The position numbers and the translations under genes were made by a program. Below, in pieces: positions 54,561-64,000 of a stretch of DNA of 64,000 bases (its first letter is position 1; each line of letters begins with the position of its first letter). The notes under the pieces are model-generated. The model did not search any database. It was not told the origin of the DNA and worked only from the letters and a program-made list of their open reading frames with translations. Source of the DNA: Eledone cirrhosa (taxonomy: Eukaryota); contig OZ024741.1 of the NCBI GenBank assembly GCA_964016885.1, positions 227,292,001-227,356,000 on the forward strand, written 5' to 3'.

Positions 54561-56910
54561 GCAAGTCACCCGGTTTGGATGGTCTACCTACGAGCTTTAC
54601 GTAAATATGCCAGACTTGTTCTCCAATCTCCTCGAAGCCCTCTACTGCAACTGGCAGCAAAACGGGAGTATTCCCAGTTCTGTGAGCCGGGGGGTAGTGA
54701 CGCTGATAAGGAAAGACGAGAACAAGAGGGACACATTAAACAATTTCAGGCCGATAACTCTGCTCAACACAGAGTTTAAGATTTTGGCCAGGGTGTTAGC
54801 GAAGAGGTTGGCGCTTGTCGTCGGGGATTTGGTTGGGGAGGCGCAAACTTGCGCAATCCCAACCAGGTCCCCGACGACAACCTCCACCTATTGCGATACA
54901 TCATAGAGAGGGTAGGGTGTAAACCTGGCTTCGGTGGGGCTCTGATCAATTTATATCAATCGAAAGCATTCGATAGGGTCGACCATCGGTACCTGGAGGC
55001 TGTCCTCAAGGCGGCTGGCTTCGAAGCTGGATCGCTGCAATGCACAGCGGCACCTGCTCGATGGTCAAAATTAATGGCCAACTCTCAGAACCGTTTCAGG
55101 TCTCTCGATCGGTCCGTCAAGGGTGCCCTCTCTGCTCCCTTCTGTACGTATTGACTCTTGAGCCTTTACTGCGGAAGCTGGAGCTGTTGCATAGCATCCC
55201 GCTCGAACCGGGACGCGGAAAGTCTGTGTCGGCTTATGCGGACGACATCACCATGATGGTGTCGGATATCTCAGAAATCGAGGTGGTCGGCAACTTATTG
55301 GAGGAATATGAAAGGTTGACGGGAGCAAAACTTAACCCGGAAAAGTCAGTGGGCTTGCAACTCGGCACCTGGAGAGGCAAGTCCATGCCGTCCAACAGCG
55401 TCGTTAGGCGCTGGGCGGACGGACCGGTAAAGTTGCTAGGGGTTTGGTTCGGGCCAGACCTCCAGGTGGATAAGAAGTGGGACGAGGTGACGGGCAGGGT
55501 AGCCAGTCTCACCCAGAAATGGGCTGGGATGAAGCTATCACTGAAAGGTCGGGCGGAGGTGGCGTACGCGTACATCGCGTGCGTCATCTACTACCGTCTG
55601 ACCGTCGTCCCTTGCCCCCGTTCGCTCCTCGCCATCTTGGAGCGGCTCCTGTTTAAATTCTTGTGGAGGGGTCAGGTTCCGCTGGTGAGGCGGTCCATCT
55701 GCTGCCAGCACCCTCTACGTGGAGGGCTGGGCATGCCGTGTATAATGATTCGCAGGCACGCACCTGAGGCTGCGGCATCTCCAGATATTCTGCCTAAACG
55801 GTGAATAGGTGTGGTCGCCGTTTGTCAGACGGGCCTTTCCGCAGCTCGTTTCTTTGACTGAGCTGCAGTCCTGGGTTAAGAAGAGACCGAGACTGGGTGA
55901 CTGGCATCTGGAATGTTGCCAGGCACTCACTGCCCTCTACCAGGCGGGCAATGCCGTCAGTGGAACTTCCACTCTCGAGTTCTATAGAGGATTAGTGGTG
56001 GGAAAGTGCGACGAAGCACTCAGAGAGGCTCTGGGAGTCAACGAAGTCGAACTAACCAGTCTGTACTGGAGGACTTTCGAGCCTGGGACGATGGATAATT
56101 TCCCAAAATCCCTCGCTTGGCAGTGCTACCGGGGGGCACTGCCGGTTCGAGATAAACTCTACAGGCACGGAAGTGTTGTCAGACGGACCTGCCCGAGATG
56201 CGCGCAGAGCGACGAAACCGTTCTGCACGTACTCGTCCAGTGTCCGTGCATTACTGACTTGTGGAGTTATGTTGAACAGCTGTTGTCGCGTGTAGAACGG
56301 ATCCGGCTATCGGCCGAGTCCATAGTGAAGATCGACCCGCCGCCTTCTTTTGGCCAGGAAGGGTAGGCAATTTTCCTGTCTGGTGGCAGTAGCGAAAGAG
56401 GTTGTATGGTGGACGAGGTTGAAAGGACTGAAGACAGACACTTTTCTCTTCGGCCAATCCCTCATCAACTTTTTCAAGTTTCATTTGGAAAGGAAGGTGA
56501 GGGTGGAGAGAGAAGTCCTGCCCCCCAGTACATTTGCTGAAAGGTGGGTGAATGTGGCGAGAATGGCCCGTGTGAGTGGGCCTACTCTGGTCATGCGGCT
56601 GTAGGTAGGTAAATTTGAAGAGGAGAGCGGTACCCTTCCAGGGTGCTCTCGAAGCGTCGGGTCGTTCAGGACTGGTGGGGTACTTGAGCCAACCCTGGGT
56701 GGTCATCCCCCCTATTGGGGAATGTTTTCTTGTTGTAACTTTCTTGTTACTTTATTGTTACTTTGTTATTGTGATTCATATTGTTTACTCGATTTTTCTG
56801 TAAAACCCCACTGTCCCAGTCTTTTGAATTGTCCCCTATATGTCGGCCCTTGTGGCCAATAAATGAAATCATTATTTTTGTCAGTAGTAGTAGTAGTAGT
56901 AGTAGTAGTA
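54561..56910 (+). mobile_element. Tx1/L1 LINE RT, C-terminal CCHC and 3'UTR with poly(A) signal and (TAG)n
   Basis: KSPGLDG, NFRPITLLN, KAFDRVDH, VRQGCPL, AYADD, GGLG, CPRC....ETVLHVL..CP; AATAAA at about 56858. Confidence 0.93.
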
Positions 56911-58719
56911 ATCTTATTTTTATTGCCTATTGTTACAGCAGTGCCGAGTAGTGTTATTTTCTGTAATATGCATAATAATTATTATTGTTGTTTTTGTTGT
57001 AGAGATTCTTTGCCCGCCGGTTACGCTTAACCGCCGAGCAAAGAATCCTTATAATATTATCTGCACTCTACTTTTCTGAAGCATAGAGTAGTAATATGAA
57101 TAGTAATTTCGTGACTTCGTCCCAGTTACGTTTGTCATCGGTACACTTGGGGACGTCAAAGCCAGAGCTAATTCCAGTTCCCGGGCCACGTCAGGTTCTG
57201 TCGTCTTGCGGAAGATCTCGTTGATGAGGCTACTGCTGGAGGAGATTGAGAAGAGATAGGCCAGCAGTGTCAAGTCAAAAGTGAATCCGATGCCGAGGCC
57301 ATCGAATCCTACAGAGTGCTTCGCTTGTTACCAGCCAGTGCTCTCCTTTGTTTTATGGATTACTGAATAACTCATAGTAAAAATTTGATATATCCTTAAT
57401 TGTTTATCTTTATTTTTATTTTTATTCGGATTCTCATTATAAGCAGATAATTACAATTTGATTAATATTTTCATACTCTTCAATAAAAATTTCCTTTTTT
57501 TTAGCTTTATATTCATTGTTTCGTGTTTCATTTTTTATTTATATATTTTTTAGATTATTTTTAGTTTTGTTTTTTTTAGATATATTTTATGTTATATAGT
57601 TTTATAGTACTCATCATATTTTGAGACCCTAAATATGATTATAGGTAATGGTTGTTTTATCTTCTTAAATGACCATTAATTTGACTTACACATTTAAATA
57701 TTTTTACTTTTATTATATGTAAAATTTTCATTCACTATTATTATCATCTTTAGTTAAACTTAAATTCCTCTATAAAAAAGAAAAATCTCTTTGCACAAAT
57801 CATTGGCGATATCTGCAATTAAAAATGATGACCCATGTATTGTTTAAAGTTATTAACTCTTAATTGTCAGGTAGGCCTTTTCACCGCCATCCTTGTTTAT
57901 ACATTCATTAATGTATATATAATTTCTAAATTATTATTTATATATGTTCATACACGGAACAAAAGCGCTCAGCTTTCATACCTGATTGAGCAAAGTTTTC
58001 CTTATTCACATACCCTGATATTTTACTCCATAAACATAATTTATTATTTATGAAGTATAATATAATTCATTAATTTTATCTTCTAGGTATGTTTGTCATT
58101 CTAATATTTAACATATAGCGCTATACATTTTCTTATTCTCTAAACCTCGTTACAAATTACGGCGTCGTTGTCATTTAAACTTAACGTCTGATTATAACGG
58201 TCTAGTTATATGCATTATTTTCAAGATATGAAACCATCGGGATAATTGAAGGATTTTTTTCACCTTGAAATTGCCTTTTCCAATATTTAAAAAAAATGTT
58301 TTTATCATGTCTCTGAAGATAAAGGAATGAATGAAATATAAATTATTCGAGCCAATGCTCAGATTTTAATATATAAACACATTTTACATCTCTTTAATGT
58401 TGAGACATGTGTAAGGCAAATAAATTGTCACATATTTATTCATTCTCCTTATCTATCCATTATTATTGAAATGCTCCGTTCATCTGCATTGATGAAAGAC
58501 AACGGAGCTGTTTACTCAAGGTTTATTTCCTTATTTTCTATGGAATATACCTTTCCTGAATTGATGCATTGTCTTTATAGAATGTTGAACTACATCGAAC
58601 ATAACATTTTAATGGCTTAACGTTTGCCCTTGTTACACACACACACACACACAAACGCACGCATATATATATATATATAAATGTATGTATTGTATATTCA
58701 CTAATATACTGTATGTTTA

Positions 58720-59630
58720 TTTAAAAACATTTTGAAGGCCTTTTGCTATGAATTTACTGTAGTGTCATAGTCACATACCTAGCTTCAGAGAAGGCTAAAG
58801 GGAATAACCGACAAGTTTCTCGCTGTTTAGCGGTTATCAAGGTTATATGCCCCTCTCGGTTTTTGCTGTGAGCTGTAGATGCTAGATTCTTATAGAATAC
58901 TAATTATGTTTATGAGCTGTTTAAACTCCTTAACATACAGAACGGTTGCCAGCCAAATAACAATTATAAATTTGTGTTGGAACTCTGAAATAGCGATGTA
59001 TTTATGAATGTACGTATTATATATCAAATAATTGTTTCTACTATTGGCACAAGGCCAGCAATTACCAAGTACATTACTGGTACTTTATTTTATCGAGCCC
59101 GTAAGGATGAAAGGCAAAGTTAACGCCGGCGGGATTTGAACTCAGAATGGCAAGGGCCGTAACTCTATGCGTCAAAGCATGGCGTCCGACCCTCTACCGA
59201 TACTGCCAATTCACCTATATCAAATAATTGTTTCTACTTTAGGCACAAGGCCAGCAATAACCCAGTGTATTACTGGTACTTTATTTTATCGACCCCGTAA
59301 GGATGAAAGGCAAAGTTAACCTCGGCGGGATTTGAACTCAGAATGGCAAGGGCCGTAACTCTATGCGCCAAAGCATGGCATCCGACACTCTACCAATACT
59401 GCCAATCCACCATCAAATAATATACTGTATTTTTATTTAAAAATTGGTAATCTATAAGAATGCTGCTTCGATGGCTCAGGGCATAAAAAGAGAGCGGTAT
59501 ATAACCTTGATAATCGGTAAACAGCGAGAAACGCGTCGGGTATTCGCCTTTGTTTTTGCTGAAGCTAGGTATGTGACTATAGTCACTACCCTAAATTCAT
59601 AGCGAAAGGCCTTCAAAATGTTTTAAAAGC
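58720..59630. mobile_element. Inverted-repeat element (arms about 58722-58860 / 59488-59626), each arm with a U3-A8 hammerhead; two SINEs (59028-59412, minus) inside
   Basis: Arms are diverged reverse complements; SINE consensus lies between them. Confidence 0.8.
58804..58846 (-). ncRNA. Hammerhead motif with U3-A8 core (partner 59501-59543, plus)
   Basis: ATAACC TTGATAA C CGCT AAAC AGCG A GAAAC TT GTC GGTTAT: perfect stems I and II, GUC site. Confidence 0.75.
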
Positions 59631-60365
59631 TCCAAGAAAGGGGCATTTCCGAGCAGTTAAATACATTAATATATATGATAAACACAAAACGTGTTTGCAT
59701 TGTAACAGACAAAGTTAGCTATCAATGAAATAAACTAATTAAAGTGAATACAATTTGTCTGTCTCGATATAAGTCAATAAAGACAAGCTTATATTGGCAA
59801 AGGCCGTGATTCCTGGACAAATTTAAATTTCAAAATCCAAACCCGCTCCGTAGATGAATTTGAACTTCGAAACCCAAATATGTTTCGCAACGATGGTACA
59901 TGAATTGAAAAATAAAGAGAATCGAAATGGAATTGAAATAAAAAGTGAAATATCCAAATCTTCTGTGCTTATCGACAGGAATCCAGTAAAATTAGTACAT
60001 TTCACCATCAAAAATTTTGCAGGTCTGACTACACGTGTGTGTAGCCAGGCCAAACTAGCCGTCCCGCATTCCCGGTGCTAGAAATAACAGCCGTTTATGC
60101 GGGATTAAAGATCAGCTCTACAGTTAAGGAGCAATATACTATATTATATTTTGAGATTAAACTCTCAGTCGTTTACAATTAATAAGCTCCAAGAAAGGGG
60201 CATTTCCGAGAAGTTAAATACATTAATATATATGATAAACACAAAACGTGTTTGCATTGTAACAGACAATTAATTGTAAACGACTGAGAGTTTAATCTCA
60301 AAATATAATATAGTATATTGCTCCTTAACTGTAGAGCTGATCTTTAATTCCGGGTAAACGGCTGT

Positions 60366-60837
<472 letters not shown>

Positions 60838-60938
60838 GCTTTTCCTTATTCTATATTTACTCCGTCACTCCTATGTGGAAAAAGTACGTTGAGTGCTTGA
60901 ATTGAATTGCATCAATGTTAACCCTAATAATAATAATA

Positions 60939-60970
<32 letters not shown>

Positions 60971-60995
60971 CACATATATGTATACATGTATATAC

Positions 60996-61153
<158 letters not shown>

Positions 61154-61200
61154 TAATGAAAAAGAACAAAGGAACTATTATGACATTATAACAAGTTTAT

Positions 61201-61247
61201 TGCCGACAGCCGTTTCGTCCGACAATATGGTGGGACTTTTCAAGGCA
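61201..61247 (-). ncRNA. Hammerhead motif with U3-A8 core
   Basis: TGCC TTGAAAA GTCC ...loop... GGAC GAAAC GGCT GTC GGCA. Confidence 0.78.
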
Positions 61248-61885
61248 TATAACATGTGATTGTAAGTTCATCATTTACATCAACGTATCACTTAAGACTA
61301 GCAGTTTTAAATTGTGGTATACATCAGCAGCTCCGCTTGTATATTTGGGGTCTATATTATAAGGGGGCTCTTTTATATTAGTTGTCGGAATTGTAAAAAG
61401 GATGGGTTATGGGGAGTTAAGAGAATTTGAAAATGGCCTAAGAGTCAGGGATTGAAGGTTAAAAATTAGATAATTTATAATTTACGCATTAAAAGTAAAA
61501 GACTTGGGATCTCGTAGAAGCACCTTAAAAAATCCCTCAATAAGTGCATAAAGCTTACAAGCCCCAATAAACTTAACAAACTAGAAGAGATTAAGAGACT
61601 AATAAAATAAAATAAAATAAAATAAAATAAAATAAAATAAAATAAAAAAATAAAAAAATAAAGATATAAAGTTTCCCTAAAAAAATATAAAGTTTCCCAA
61701 GAACTTCCCTCGAGAGAAAAAAATTTCTTTCGAAAGAAAAAAACTTTCTTCCCCAGAGATCTCGTTAAAAAATTTCAGAATATTTCTGCTCTGCTTATAC
61801 GCATAGAGCTTAACTAGCTACCGTCGCATATTTGGTAGGTCAGACGTGATCATCGCGATTCACATACGACCTACCATACATCTTG

Positions 61886-62040
<155 letters not shown>

Positions 62041-62051
62041 GTATATCTATA

Positions 62052-62118
<67 letters not shown>

Positions 62119-62420
62119 GTACATATATATATATAACATAAATCATGTCCTTAGAATTATTAGATAAATATATATACCATTTCCTCTCCCAATTAGCATA
62201 ATTAACCATATAAAAATTCAATTAGACCAAGCTATAAGAATAAAGGCTCTTATGAAGAAATCTCCGACAAATAACCGAAAGTGGCCTCTTCGCGGTGGCC
62301 CCAATAGAGTATTTATCCAACATTTCGACAGCATGTAGAAACTGACTAAATATACCATCAATCATACACAATTGGATGTAAAATTCAAACTTAGAAGAAA
62401 TGTGTACATATCGTAATTAT

Positions 62421-62498
62421 ATCTCTACCATGGTTTCATCCGTATTTTTAGACATCCAATTAATAGGAAATGTCTTGAGTTAGGATTCATCAGGAGAC
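62421..62498 (-). ncRNA. Hammerhead motif with extended stem II
   Basis: GTCTC CTGATGA ATCC ...AGACAT...ATGTCT... GGAT GAAA CCATGGTA GAGAT; palindromic ACCATGGT stem III. Confidence 0.8.
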
Positions 62499-62569
62499 AA
62501 ACTCGAAATTAGACATTTAGTTTTCCAACGTGATCGCGCCAAAATTGGATTAAAAAATGGCTAAGAATC

Positions 62570-63603
<1,034 letters not shown>

Positions 63604-63950
63604 CTTTACATTATTTTTCTCTTCGTTAACTTTCAAATTCTTTTAATTTATACATTATCTTCCAACGGTTTTTCAACCTCTCTATGTAAAACAATATATT
63701 TTTCTCAGTTATAAAAGCTATCTCTCTCTCTCTCTCTATCACCCATCTCTCCTCCTATCTCATCCTTCCTCATTATACTCCTCCCCTCCACTTTTTACTC
63801 TCATCTCCTCCTCTTTTTCATCCTTTCCACCCCCCACCCCTCAAACATTTTTTCCCCCAATATGACACATCAATCTAAAACTACTTTTCATATGTTGATT
63901 TAAAACTGCACTATCCACAAGTGTTTTTAACCTTCATATCATGTCTTCCC

Positions 63951-64000
63951 ATTTTATCTGATGAAAACACAAATGTTATTGCATGATGATATTTGTTTTT
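63951..64000 (+). ncRNA. Hammerhead motif cut by the window end
   Basis: TTTTAT CTGATGA followed by hairpin ACAAATGTTAT...ATGATATTTGT; GAAA predicted just beyond 64000. Confidence 0.55.

Overview
Very AT- and microsatellite-rich animal genomic DNA with no recognisable host gene. The repeat set (tRNA-head SINEs with a Nin/Deu-like core, RTE and Tx1/L1 LINEs, a mariner relic, many Penelope-like elements, PLEs) resembles an octopod cephalopod; this is inference. Almost all listed ORFs are translations of (TA)n/(CA)n/(GA)n. Real coding content is retroelement-derived. It includes a near-intact Neptune-type PLE (16196-22345, minus), a decayed Naiad-type PLE nested in a Tx1 LINE, several PLE fragments, an RTE with a PHD finger inside its RT, and a mariner remnant. 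Two things stand out. (1) The Neptune PLE has a separate 421-aa coiled-coil-like ORF1 whose end carries an in-phase U-UUU-UUA-GGG slippery heptamer. A -1 slip there leads directly into the conserved PLE RT N-terminus, a candidate gag-pol-like programmed frameshift. (2) About 20 minimal hammerhead-ribozyme motifs from roughly 10 sequence families occur in the window, often as inverted pairs, and several show the compensatory U3-A8 core. All calls were made by eye, and boundaries are approximate.
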